Source: Malacoraja senta
Lineage: Eukaryota
NCBI GenBank assembly: GCA_038087875.1
Contig: JAXLNO010001705.1
Span: 248,001 to 312,000 of the forward strand
Direction: 5' to 3'
DNA length: 64,000 nt
This document shows positions 15,181 through 30,200 of this stretch, one piece after another. The notes under the pieces were generated by a model, which was given only the letters and a program-made list of their open reading frames with translations, was not told the origin of the DNA and made no database searches. A program made the position numbers and the translations under genes. The number at the start of each line of letters is the position of its first letter. The first letter of the stretch is position 1.

Positions 15181-18100
15181 CTTGAAATGGATTGACTTAA
15201 CTTGACTGGACTTGAAATTGATTGACTTCACTTGAAATGGATTGACTTGACTTGAAATGGATTGAGTTGACTTGACTTGACTTGAAATGGATTGACTTGA
15301 CTTGAAATGGATTGGCTTCACTGGACCTGACTTGACATGACATGGATTGACTTGACTTGAAATTGATTGACTTTACTTCACTTGAAATGGATTGACTTAA
15401 TTTGACTGAACTTGAAATTGATTGACTTGACTTGAAATGGATTGAATTGACTTGAAATGGATAGACCTGATATGAAATGGATTGACGACTTGAAATGGAT
15501 TGAGTTGACTTGACTTGACTTGACTTGAAATGGATTGACTTGACTTGAAATGGATTGGTTTCACTTGAACTGACTTGACATGACATGGATTGACTTGACT
15601 TCAAATTGATTGTCTTGACATGACATGATTTGAAATGGATTGACTTGACTTGAAATGGATTGACATGGAATGGATTGACTTGACTTGAAATGGATTAACT
15701 TGACTTGACTTGGCTTGAAAAGGATTGTCTTGACTTGACTTTACTTTAAATGGATTGACTTGACTTGAAATTGATTGACTTGACTTGACTTGACCTGACT
15801 TGACATGACATGGATTGACTTGACTTGAAATGAATTGACTTGAAATGGATTGACTTGATTGGACGACTTGAAATTGATTGACTTGACTTGAAATGGATTG
15901 ACTTGACCTGACTTGAAATGGATTGACTTGACTTGACTTGACTTGACTTGACTTGAAATGGAATGGCTTGACTTGACATTGATTGACTTGACTTGACTTG
16001 ACATGAAATGAATTGAGTTGACTTGACTTGAAATTGATTGACTTGACTTGAAATGGTTTGGCTTTGCTTGACCTGACTAGACATGACATGCATTGACTTG
16101 ACTTGCAATTGATTGACTTGACTTCACTTGAAATGGATTGTCTTAACTTGACTGGACTTGGAATTGATTGACTTGACTTGAAATGGATTGACTTGACTTG
16201 AAATGGATAGACATGACATGAAATGGATTGACTTGACTTGAAATGGATTGAGTTGACTTGACTTGACTTGAAATGGATTGACTTGACTTGAAATGGATTG
16301 GCTTCACTGGACCTGACTTGACATGACATGGATTGACTTGACTTGAAATTAATTGACTTTACTTCACTTGAAATGGATTGACTTAACTTGACTGAACTTG
16401 AAATTGATTGACTTGACTTGAAATGGATTGAATTGACTTGAAATGGATAGACCTGATATGAAATGGATTGACGACTTGAAATGGATTGAGTTGACTTGAC
16501 TTGAAATGGTTTGACTTGACTTGAAATGGATTGGCTTCACTTGAACTGACTTGACATGACATGGATTGACTTGACTTCAAATTGATTGTCTTGACATGAC
16601 GTGATTTGAAATGAATTGACTTGACTTGAAATGGATTGAGATGGAATGGATTGACTTGACTTGAAATGGATTGACTTGACTTGACTTGGCTTGAAATGGA
16701 TTGTCTTGACTTGACTTTACTTGAAATGGATTGACTTGACTTGAAATGGATTGACTTGAATTGAAATGGATTTACTTGACTTGAAATGGTTTGACTTGAC
16801 TTGAAATGGACAGATTTGACTTGAAATGGATTGACTTGACTTGACTGAAATGGATAGACTGGACATGCCTTGACTTGACTTGAAATGGATTCAGTTGACT
16901 AGACTTGACTTGACCTGAAATGCATTGACTTGACTTGAAATGGATTGACATGGAATGGATTGACTTGACTTGAAATGGATTGACTTGACCTGACTTGACT
17001 TGTTTTGAAATGGATTGTCTTGACTTGACATGGATTGACTTGAATTGAAATGGATTGACATGGAATGGATTGACTTGACATGAAATGGATTGACTTGACT
17101 TGACTTGACTTGAAATGGATTGACTTGAATTGAAATGGATTGACTTTACTTCACTTGAAATGGATTGACTTAACTTGACTGAACTTGAAATTGATTGACT
17201 TGACTTGAAATGGATTGAATTGACTTGAAATGGATAGACCTGATATGAAATGGATTGACGACTTGAAATGGATTGAGTTGACTTGACTTGACTTGACTTG
17301 AAATGGATTGACTTGACTTGAAATGGATTGGCTTCACTTGAACTGACTTGACATGACATGGATTGACTTGACTTCAAATTGATTGTCTTGACATGATGTG
17401 ATTTGAAATGGATTGACTTGACTTGAAATGGATTGACATGGAATGGATTGACTTGACTTGAAATGGATTGACTTGACTTGACTTGGCTTGAAATGGATTG
17501 TCTTGACTTGACTTTACTTGAAATGGATTGACTTGACTTGAAATGGATTGACTTGAATTGAAATGGATTTACTTGACTTGAAATGGTTTGACTTGACTTG
17601 AAATGGACAGATTTGACTTGAAATGGATTGACTTGACTTGACTGAAATGGATAGACTTGACATGCCTTGACTTGACTTGAAATGGATTCAGTTGACTAGG
17701 CTTGACTTGACCTGAAATGCATTGACTTGACTTGAAATGGATTGACATGGAATGGATTGACTTGACTTGAAATGGATTGACTTGACCTGACTTGACTTGT
17801 TTTGAAATGGATTGTTTTGACTTGACATGGATTGACTTGAATTGAAATGGATTGACATGGAATGGATTGACTTGACATGAAATGGATTGACTTGACTTGA
17901 CTTGTCTTGAAATGGATTGACTTGACTTGAAATGGATTGACTTGAATTGAAATGGATTGACTTGACTTCACTTGAAATGGATTTACTTGACTTGACTGGA
18001 CTTGAAATTGATCGACTTGACTTGAAATGGATTGACTGGACGACTTGAAATGGATAGACTTGACTTGAAATGGATTGACTTGAATTGAAATGGATTGACT

Positions 18101-21100
18101 TGACTTCACTTGAAATGGATTTACTTGACTTGACTGGACTTGAAATTTATTGACTTGACTTGAAATGGATTGACTGGACGACTTGAAATGGATAGACATG
18201 ACTTGAAATGGATTGACTTGAATTGAAATGGATTGACTTGACTTAACCTGGCTTGAAATGGATTGACTTGACATGAAATTGATTGACTTGAAATGGATTG
18301 ACTTGACTTAACTTGACTTGAAATGGATTGACGACATGAAATTGATTGGCTTGAATTGAAATGGATTGATTGACTTGACATAACTTGACTTGAAATGGAT
18401 TGACTTGACATGAAATGGATAGACTTGACTTGACCTGACTTGACATGACATGGATTGACTTGACTTGAAATGGATTGCCTTGACTTCACTTGAAATGGAT
18501 TGACTTGACTTGAAATGGATTGACTTGACGACTTGATATGGAGAGACTTGACTTGAAATGGATTGACTTGAATTGAAATTCGTTTGATTTGATTTTACTT
18601 GACTTGAAAAGGATTGACGACTTGAAATGGATTGACTTGAATTGAAATGGAATGACTTGACTTGAAATAACTTGACTTTAAATGGATCGCCTTGACTTGA
18701 ATTGGATAGATTTGACTGACTTGAAATGGATTGACCTGACATGCAATTGATTGACTTGACTTGAAAAGGATTGACTTGAATTGAATTGAAATGGATTGAC
18801 TTGACTTTACTTGACTTGAAATGAATTGACTTCACTTGAAATGGATTGACTTGACTTGACTTCACTTGACTTGAAATGGATTGACTGGACGACTTGAAAT
18901 GGATAGACTTGACTTGAAATGGATTGACTTGAATTGAAATGGATTGACTTGACTTCACTTGAAATGGATTTACTTGACTTGACTGGACTTGAAATTTATT
19001 GACTTGACTTGAAATGGATTGACTGGACGACTTGAAATGGATAGACATGACTTGAAATGGATTGACTTGAATTGAAATGGATTGACTTGACTTAACCTGG
19101 CTTGAAATGGATTGACTTGACATGAAATTGATTGACTTGAAATGGATTGACTTGACTTAACTTGACTTGAAATGGATTGACGACATGAAATTGATTGGCT
19201 TGAATTGAAATGGATTGATTGACTTGACATAACTTGACTTGAAATGGATTGACTTGACATGAAATGGATAGACTTGACTTGACCTGACTTGACATGACAT
19301 GGATTGACTTGACTTGAAATGGATTGCCTTGACTTCACTTGAAATGGATTGACTTGACTTGAAATGGATTGACTTGACGACTTGATATGGAGAGACTTGA
19401 CTTGAAATGGATTGACTTGAATTGAAATTCGTTTGATTTGATTTTACTTGACTTGAAAAGGATTGACGACTTGAAATGGATTGACTTGAATTGAAATGGA
19501 ATGACTTGACTTGAAATAACTTGACTTTAAATGGATCGCCTTGACTTGAATTGGATAGATTTGACTGACTTGAAATGGATTGACCTGACATGCAATTGAT
19601 TGACTTGACTTGAAAAGGATTGACTTGAATTGAATTGAAATGGATTGACTTGACTTTACTTGACTTGAAATGAATTGACTTGACTTGAAATGGATTGACT
19701 TGACTTGACTTCACTTGACTTGAAATGGATTGACTTGAATTGAAATGGATTGACTTGAATTGAAATGGATTGACTTGACTTAACTTGACTTGAAATGGAT
19801 TGACGACATGAACTGGATTGACTTGACTTGCCCTGACTTGGCATGACATGGATTTACTTGACTTGAAATGGATTGCCTTAACTTCACTTGAAATGGATTG
19901 ACTTGACTTGACTGGACTTGAAATTGATTGACTTGACTTGAAATGGATTGACTTGAATTGAAATGGATTGATTTGATTTTACTTGACTTGAAATGGATTG
20001 ACGACTTGAAATGGATTGACTTGAATTGAAATGGATTGACTTGACTTGAAATAATTTGACTTGAAATGGATTGCCTTGACTTGAAATGGATAGACTTTAC
20101 TGACTTGAAATGGATTGACTTGACATGCAATTGATTGACTTGACTTGAAAAGGATTGACTTGAATTGAATTGAAATGGGTTGACTTGACTTCACTTGACG
20201 TGAAATGGATTGACTTGTATTGAAATGGATTGACTTGACTTAACTTGACTTGAAATGGATTGACTTGAGATGAAATTGATTGGCTTGAATTGAAATGGAT
20301 TGATTGACGACATAACTTGACTTGGAATGGATTGACTTGACATGAAATGGATAGACTTGACTAGACATGACTTGAAATGGATTGTCTTGACTTGAAATGG
20401 ATTGACTTGACTTGACCTGACTTGACATGACATGGATTGACTTGACTTGAACTGGATTGCCTTGACTTAATTTGAAATGGATTGTCTAGACTTGATATAA
20501 CTTGATTTGAAATGGATTGACGTGCCTTGAAATGGATAGACGTGTCTTGACTTGTCTTGAAATGGATTGACTTGATTTGAAATGGATTGACTTGAATTGA
20601 AATGGATTGACTTGACTTTAGTTGACTTGAAATGAAATGACTTGAATTGAAATGGATTGACTTGACTTGACTTCACTTGACTTGAAATGAATAGGCTTGA
20701 CTTGACATAACTAGATTTGAAATGGATTGACTTGACTGGAAATGGATAGACTTGACTTGACTTGAAATGGATTGACTTGACTTGACATAACTAGCTTTGA
20801 AATGGATTGACTTGAAATGCATAGACTTGACTTGACTTGACTTGAAATGGATTGACTAGACATTAAATTGATTGACTTGACTTGAAATGGATTGACTTGA
20901 ATTGAAATGGATTGACTTGACGTTACATGACTTGAAATGGATTGACTTGAATTGAAATAGATTGACTTGACTTTGCTTGACTTGAAATGATTTGGCTTGA
21001 CTTGAAATGGATTGAGTTGACTTGACTTGACTTGACGCGACTTGAAATGGATTGACTTGACTTGAAATGGATTGGCTTCACTTGACCTCACTTGACATGA

Positions 21101-24100
21101 CATGGATTGACTTGACTTGAAATTGATTGACTTGACTTCACTTGAAATGGATTGAGTTGACTGGACTTGACTTGACCTGAAAGCGATTGACTTCAAATTG
21201 ATTGTCTTTACATGACGTGATTTGAAATGGATTGACTTGACTTGAAATGGATTGTCATGGAATGGATTGACTTGACTTGAAATGGATTGACTTGACTTGA
21301 CTTGGCTTGAAATGGGTTGTCTTGACTTGACTTTACTAGAAATGGATTGACTTGAATTGAAATGGATTGACTTGACTTCACTTGAAATGGATTTACTTGA
21401 CTTGACTGGACTTGAAATTGATTGACTTGACTTGAAATGGATTGACTTGACGACTTGAAATTGATAAACTTGACTTGAAACGGATTGACTTGAAAATAAA
21501 TGGATTGACTTGACTTAACTTGACTTGGAATGGATTGACTTGACATGAAATTGATTGACTTGTATTGAAATGGATTGACTTGACTTGACATAACTTGACT
21601 TGAAATCGATTGACTTGACATGAAATGGATAGACTTGACTTGAGTTGACTTGAAATGGATTGACTTGAAATGAAATTGATTGACTTGACTTGAAACGGAT
21701 TGACATGAATTGAAGTGGATTGACTTGACTTGACTTAACTTGAAATGAATTGACTTGAATTGAAATGGATTGACTTGACATTACGTCACTTGACTTGAAA
21801 TTGATTGACTTGACTTGAATTGGATTGACTTGACTTGACTTGACCTGAAATGAATTGAATTGACTTGACTTGACTTGAAATGGATTGACTTGACTTGACT
21901 TGACATGAAATAGATTGACTTGACTTGAAATTGACTTCACTTGACCTGACTTGACATGACATGGATTGACTTGACTTGAAATGGATTGACTTGACTTCAC
22001 TTGAAATGGATTGACTTAACTTGACTGGACTTCAAATTGATTGGCTCGACTTGCCTGATTTGAAATGGATTGACTTGACTTGAAATGGATTGACTTGACT
22101 TGGCTTGACTTGCTTGACTTGAAATGGATTGACTTGACTTGAAATGTATTGACTTGACTTGAATTGCCTTGGCTTGACTTGCTTCACTTCAAATGGATTG
22201 ACTTGATTTGAAATGGATTGACTTGACTTGAAATTGAATGAGTTGACTTGACTTGACTTGAAATGGATTGACTTGACTTGACTTGACTTGAAATGGATTG
22301 ACTTGGCTTGACCTGACTTGACATGACATGGGTTGACTTGACTTGAAATGGATTGACTTGAAATGGATTGACTTGACTGGACTTGAACTGGATAGACGTG
22401 AACTGGATAGACATGACTTGAAATGGATTGACTTGACCTGACTAGACTTGAAATGGATTGACTTGACTTGTCTTGACTTGAAATGGACTTGACTTGACCT
22501 GACTTGTAATGGATTGACTGGACTTGACAAGGATTGACTTGACTTGACCGGACTTGACATGACATTGATTGACGACTTGAATTGGATTGAATTGATTTGA
22601 CTTGAAATTGATTGACTTGACTTGACTTGACTTGAAATTGATTGACTTTACTTGAAATGGATTGACTTGACTTAACTTTAAATGGATTGACTTGACTTGA
22701 CTTTAAATGGATTGACGACTTGAAATTGATTGACTTGACTTGACTTGACCTGAGTTGACATGACATGGATTGACTTGACTTGAAATGAATTGACTTGAAA
22801 TGGATTGACTTGATTGGACGACTTGAAATTGATTGACTTGACTTGAAATGGATTGACTTGACTTGACTTGAAATGGATTGACTTGACTTGACGTGAAATT
22901 GATTGACTTGACTTGACCTGACTTGACATGACATCGGATGACTTGACTTGAAATGGATTGGCTTGTCTTGACTTGAAAAGGATTGACTTGACTTTACTTG
23001 ACTTGAAATTGGTTGACTTGTCTTGAAATTGATTGACTTGACATGAATAGGATTGACTTCACTTGACTCGACTTGCCTTGACTTGAAATGGATTGACCTC
23101 ATTTGAAATGGATTGACTTGACTTGACATAACTTGATTTGAAATGAATTGACTTGACTTGAAATGGATACACTTGACTTGACTTGAATTGAAATGGATTG
23201 ACTTGACATGAAATTGATTGACTTGATTTGAAATGGAATGGATTGACTTGACTTGAAATGGATTGACTTGACTTGACTTGACTTGTCTTGAAATGGATTG
23301 TCTTGACTTGATATGGATAGACTTGACTTAACTTGACTTGAAATGGATTGATGACATGAAATTGATTGACTTGAAATGGATTGACTTGACTTGACATAAC
23401 TTGACTTGAAATATTGACTTGACATGAAATGGATTGACATGAATTGAAATGGATTGACTTGACTTTACTTGACCTGAAATGAATTGAATTGCCTTAACTT
23501 GAAATGTATTGACTTGACTTGACTTGAAATAGATTGGCTTCACTTGACATAACTTGATTTGAAATGGATTGCTGTGAGTTGAAATGGATAGACTTGACTT
23601 GACTTGACTTGAAATGGATTGACTTGAATTGAAATGGATTGACTGGACTTTTCATGACTTGAAATGGATTGATTTGACATGAAATTAATTGACGAATTGA
23701 AATGGATTGACTTGACTTGACATAACTTGACTTGAAATGGATTAACTTGACTTGACATAACTTGACTTGAAATGGATTGATATGACATGCAATGGATAGA
23801 CTTGACTTAACTTGAAATTGATTGACGTGACATGAAATTGATTGAGTTGACTTGAAATGGATTGACTTGAATTGGACTGGATTGACTTGACTTTACTTGA
23901 CTTGAAATGAATTGACTTGAAATGAAATGGATTGACTTGACATGCCTTGACTTGACTTGAAATGGATTCAGTTGACTGGACTTGACTTCACCTGAAATGG
24001 ATTGAATTGACTTGAAATGGAATGACATGGAATGGATTGACTTGACTTGAAATTGATTGACTTGAATTGGACTGGATTGACTTGATTTTACTTGACTTAA

Positions 24101-25006
24101 AATAAATTGACTTGAATTGAAATGGATTGACTTGACATGCCTTGACTTGACTTGACTTGAAATGGATTCAGTTGACTGGACTTGACTTGACCTGAAATGG
24201 ATTGACTTGAGTTGAAATGGAATGACATTGAATGGATTGACTTGACTTGAAATGGATTGACTTGACTTGACCTGACTTGACATGACATGGATTGACTTGA
24301 CTTGAAATGAATTGACTTGAAATGGATTGACTTGACTGGATGCCTTGAAATTGATTGACTTGACTTGAAATGAATTGACTTGACTTGACTTGAACTGGAT
24401 AGACCTGAACTGGATAGACCTGACTTGAAATGGATTGACTTGACTTGACTGAACGTGAAATGGATACACTTGACTTGACTTGAATTGAAATGGATTGACT
24501 TGACATGAAATTGATTGACTTGATTTGAAATGGAATGGATTGACTTGACGTGAAATTGATTGACTTGACTTGACCTGACTTGACATGACATCTGTTGGCT
24601 TGACTTGAAATGGATTGGCTTGTCTTGACTTGAAATGGATTGACTTGAATTTACTTGACTTGAAATTGGTTGACTTGTCTTGAGATGGATTGACTTGACA
24701 TGAATTGGATTGACTTGACTTGACTCGACTTGAGTTGACTTGAAATGGATTGACCTCATTTGAAATGGATTGACTTGACTTGACATAACTTGATTAGAAA
24801 TGAATTGACTTGACTTGAAATGGATACACTTGACTTGACTTGAATTGAAATGGATTGACTTGACATGAAATTGATTGACTTGATTTGAAATGGATTGACA
24901 TGAATTGAAATGGATTGACTTGACTTTACCTGACTTGAAAAGGAATGACTTGAAATGAAATGGATTGACACGACTTTAATTGTCTTGAAATGATTTGACT
25001 TGAATT

Positions 25007-26045
25007 AGCAATGTTACAAAATTTTGAGATTTTGAAAATAAAGTCTGCAATTTATCCCATCAGATAAAGCATAAAAAGAAGTTTAATTTGACACTTAATT
25101 CACTTTCATATCTTCAGTATTAAAAAAGTTATGGCCATTATCATACTCAGAAATTAGCATCTAGTTCCCTATTGGTTTTCCATTGACTTAACACAAAAGC
25201 TGTGATCGAGGACAGTTAAAAGCCCATAACTTTCTTAACAATTATGGTAACTGAAAGAAATTTTCTGGTATTATAGATTGAAGCATTCTGAAACAAATAT
25301 GAAACAATCTTACTTCGAAGACATGAAAGTAAAGCATATAATTAGTTAGTTACCTAATTGTAGCTAATTACAAAATTCAATTACTAGATCTAAACATCTA
25401 TCAATTTCTTAAGAATAGATTAACATTTTTAAATGGCCTAAGTGACCAAATAACATTCACACAATAATTCACAATATAACATAATTTTTAAATCTAATTT
25501 TCATGAATTTACAGGCCAAATGGAAGGAATTGAATGTTTAATACCTGTAAATTAATGGGGATTTAATTCATCTTGCGAGTGAGGATTACTGGAACGCGAT
25601 CTTTTGGAACGTGGATTTGCGGTGAATTTAACCCCGTATTGGCATGAAAAATACTGCCGTTAATTCGGGGAATAAAATCACCGTGTCGCATGACAAAATG
25701 TGAATTAAAGGCTTCTTAAGAAGCACTTTTATACATTTAAAGAAAGCACTTTCGTTTACCTGTCCATTGTGTGAAATCCGTCCCCGTTATCGGCGTTGAC
25801 GCTTCAGGAGCTGCTTTTAAAATGACTGTAGCGCTGACATTGACGATTTAATAAAAATAAAAAATTCACAAAACGCCGGTAGGAACGATTTTGTCAGCCA
25901 AGGTTTGTACTCCAACAAAATATTTCCAGGACAAGGGAGGAGAAACCGCGTTTTAACCCCGCCCCCCCCTTAAAGGCGCCAAAATCGCGCACACGGCCAG
26001 TGGCAGAATTACAGCGCGACTGAAGGTAAGTTTTGTAACATACCT
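25007..26045. mobile_element. Non-autonomous DNA transposon (MITE-like), 1039 bp, inserted in the satellite
   Basis: Imperfect TIRs AGCAATGTTACAAAA and TTTTGTAACATACCT (13/15 match). Flanking 9-bp direct repeat ACTTGAATT at 24998-25006 and 26046-26054. No transposase ORF. Confidence 0.7.
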
Positions 26046-26247
26046 ACTTGAATTGAAATGGATTGACTTGACTTGACTTGACTTGACTTGAATTGGATTG
26101 ACTTGACGTGCCTTGACTTGCCTTGACATGACTTGACTTGACTTGAAATGGATTTAATTGACTGGTCTGGACTTGACCTGAAATGTATAGACTGGATTTC
26201 AAATTGATTGGCTTGACTTGCCGTGATTTGAAATGGATTGACTTGAC

Positions 26248-27246
26248 TTCAGATTCAGATTCAGAAAACTTTATTGTCTGTCGTAACAGAAAATCTTCTT
26301 TGGCGTGGCTCAACATACAAACAGGACAATGTACTGATAAGCAGTCATACAACACAGATTTCTGCGAGCACACACCGTGTGTATAGATCTTAAAAGCAAG
26401 TATAAGGATTAAAAACTGTAAAAATAGACAAGATGAAAGTTGTGGATATGTGTAAAGTGACAGTGCGTCAGGGTTAATTTGTCCATTGTTCATTTTTTAT
26501 TTAAGGTGTTTATGGCAATGGGTATGAATGAGTTTTTGTGGATGTTTTTCTTAGATAGGGGGACTTTATATCGGCGGCCTGATGGCAGAAGTTGGAAGGA
26601 CTTGTGCAGGGGGGTGGGTGGGATCCTGTGTAATGAGGTTGGCTTTCCTTTTAACTGCCTTGGTGTGAAGCACTGATAATTGATTTTGAGTTTTGCCAGT
26701 TATTTTGCTTGCTTGATTGAAGATCCGGGAAAGCTTTGATTTGTCTTTGACAGAGGTGAGGGTGAACCAGGATGTGATGTTAAAGGTGAGTACAGATTCT
26801 ATAAGTGATTTATAGACAGCTGTTAAAATGTCCTGTCTGACATCAAATCTCCTGAGTTTCCTCAGCAGGAACAGGCGTTGCTGTGCCTTCTTGTACACAG
26901 AGTCTGTGTGCTGGGAGAAGGACAGGCGGGTGTCAATCTCTGTGCCCAGGTATCTAAAGGCCTCTACCTACTCAACTGTCTGCCCATTCAGCCTCAGAGG
27001 TTCAAAGAGAGGTTGGGGGGAAGATGTTCGCCTCCCCCCACAACACAGCTCCTTGGTCTTGGAGATGTTAAGCTCCAGATCGCTCTCTTTGATCCACAGC
27101 ATCAGGGTGTTGACCTGCTGATAGTAGGCAGCCAGAGAAGTGTGATCCTTGATGTGGGCCACCAGGGCCATATCGTCTGCATACTTAAAAAGGGAAATGT
27201 CACTGTTATTGTTTGTTATGTTGTTTGTGTAGATGGAAAATAAAAG
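26248..27246 (-). mobile_element. Rex1/Babar-type LINE, 5'-truncated 3' end, inserted in the satellite
   Basis: Minus-strand ORFs LLFSIYTN...FKYADDMALV...LNISKTKEL and KKAQQRLFLLRKLRRF...IESVLTFNITSWF. The 3' tail is (TCTGAA)n. Apparent TSD ATTGACTTGACTT. Confidence 0.85.
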
Positions 27247-30200
27247 ATTGACTTGACTTGACGTGACTTGGCTTGACATGCTTGACTTGAAATGTTTTGA
27301 CTTGACTTGACTTGTCTTGGCTTGACTTGCTTGACTTTAAATGGATTAACTTTACTTGAAATGGATTGACTTGAATTGAAATGGATTGACTTGACATGAC
27401 ATGGATTGACTTGACTTGAAATGGATTGACTTGAACTGACTTGAAATGGATTGACATGAATTGACATGGATTGACGTGACTTCGACTTGAAATGGATTGA
27501 CTTGTCTTGACATGACTTGGCTTGACTTGCTTGACTTGAAATGTATTGACTTGACTTGACTTGTCTTGGTTTGACTTGCTTGACTTGAAATGGATTGACT
27601 TGACACGAAATGGATTGACTTGAATTGAAATGGATTGACTTGACTTGACTTGACATGACATGGATTGACTTGACTTGAAATAGATTGACTTGAACTAACT
27701 TGAAATGAATTGACTTGTATTGACTTGACTTCAAATTGATTGACTTGACTTGAAATGGATTGACTTTACCTGACCTGACTTGACTTGAAATGGATTGACT
27801 TGAATTGCCATGACTTGAATTGAAATGGATTGAGTTGACTGGATTTTACTTGTCCTGAAATGTATTGACTTGACTTCAAATTGATTGGCTTGACTTGACT
27901 TGAAATGCAATGTCTTGGAATGGATTGACTTGACTTGAAATGGATTGACTTCACTGACTTGGCTCGAAATGGATTGTCTTGACTTGACTTGACTTGAAAT
28001 GGGTTGACTTGTCTTGAAATGGATTAACTTGAATTGAAATGGATTGACTTGATATTACTTGACTTGAAATGAATTGACTTGACTTGACTTGAATTGAATT
28101 GGATTGACTTGACTTGACGTGACTTGACTTGACTTGACTTGACTTGACTTGAAATGGATTGACTTGACTTGACATCAAATGGATTGACTTGACTTGAAAT
28201 TGAATGAGTTGACGTGACTTGAGTTGAAATAGATTGACTTGTCTTGAAATTGATTAACTTCACTTGACGACACGGATTGAATTGACTATACTTGACCTGA
28301 AATGAATTGACTTGACTTGACTTGAAATGGATTGACTTGACTTGAAATGGATTGACTTGACTTGACATCAAATGGATTAACTTGACTTGAAATTGAATGA
28401 GTTGACTTGACTTGATTTGAAATGGGTTGACTTGACTTTACTTGACTTGACTTGAAATGGATTGACTTGACTTGAAATTGATTGACTTGACTTGACCTGA
28501 CTTGTCATGACATGGGTTGACTCGACTTGAAATGGATTGACTTGAATTGAAATCGATTGACTTGAACTGACTTGAAATGGATTGACTTGACTTGAAATGG
28601 ATTGACTTGACTTGAAATGGATTGACTTGAACTGACTTGAAATGGATTGACATGAGTTGACATGGATTGACGTGCCTTCGACTTGAAATGGATTGACTTG
28701 ACTTGACATGACTTGCCTTGACTTGCTTGACTTGAAATGTATTGACTTGACTTGAAATGGTTGACGAATTGAAATGGATTGACTTGACTTGACTTGACAT
28801 GACATGGATTGACCTGACTTGAAATGGATTGACTTGAACTGACTTGAAATGAATTGACTTGAATTTAATTGACTTCAAATTGATTGACTTGACTTGAAAT
28901 GGATTGACTTGACTTGAATTGACTTGAAATGGATAGACTTGACTTGACATGGATTGATGTGACTTCGACTTGAAATGGATTGACTTGACTTGACTTGAAA
29001 TGGATTGACTTTACTTAACCTGACTTGACTTGAAATGGATTGACTTGAATTGCCTTGACTTGAATTGAAATGGATTGAGTTGACTGGATTTTACTTGTCC
29101 TGAAATGTATTGACTTGACTTCAAATTGATTGGCTTGACGACTTGAAATGCAATGACTTGGAATGGATTGACTTGACTTGAAATGGATTGACTTCACTGA
29201 CTTGGCTTGAAATGGATTGTCTTGACTTGACTTGACTTGAAATGGATTGACTTGTCTTGAAATGGATTAACTTGAATTGAAATAGATTGACTTGACATTA
29301 CTTGACTTGAAATGAATTTACTTGACTTGACTTGAATTGAATTGGATTGACTTGACTTGACTTGACTTGATTTGACTTGAAATGGATTGACTTGGCTTGA
29401 CATTAAATGGATTGACTTGACATGAAATTGAATGAGGTGACGTGACTTGAGTTGATATAGATTGACTTGTCTTGAAATGGATTAACTTCACTTGACGATA
29501 CGGATTGAATTGACTATACTTGACTTGAAATGAATTGACTTGACTTGCCTTGAATTGGATTGACTTGACTTGACTTGACTTGACTTGACTTGAAATGGAT
29601 TGACTTGACGACATGGATTGACTTGACTTGAATTGACCTGAAATGAGTTGACTTGACTTGACTTGAATTAACTGGACTTGACTTGAAATGTATTGACAGG
29701 ACTTGAGTTGAAATGGATTGACTTGGCTTGAAATGGGTTGACTTGACATCAAATGGATTAACTTGACTTGAAATTGAATGAGTTGACTTTACTTGATTTG
29801 AAATGGATTGACTTGACTTGACTTGAAATGGATTGACTTGACTTGAAATTGATTGACTTGACTTGGCCTGACTTGACATGACATGGGTTGACTCGACTTG
29901 AAATTGATTGACTTGAATTGGATTGACTTGACTGGACTTGAACTGGATAGACCTGAACTGGATAGACCTGACTTGAAATGGATTGACTTGACTTGACAAG
30001 GATTGACTTGACTTGAGCTGACTTGACATGACATGAATTGACGACTTGAATTGGATTGACTTGATTTGACTTGAAATTGATTGACTTGACTTGACTTGAC
30101 ATTGTTTGACTTGACTTGAAATTGATTGACTTGACATGAAATGGATTGACTTGACTTGACTTTAATTGGATTGACTTGACTTGAAATTGATTGACTTGAC

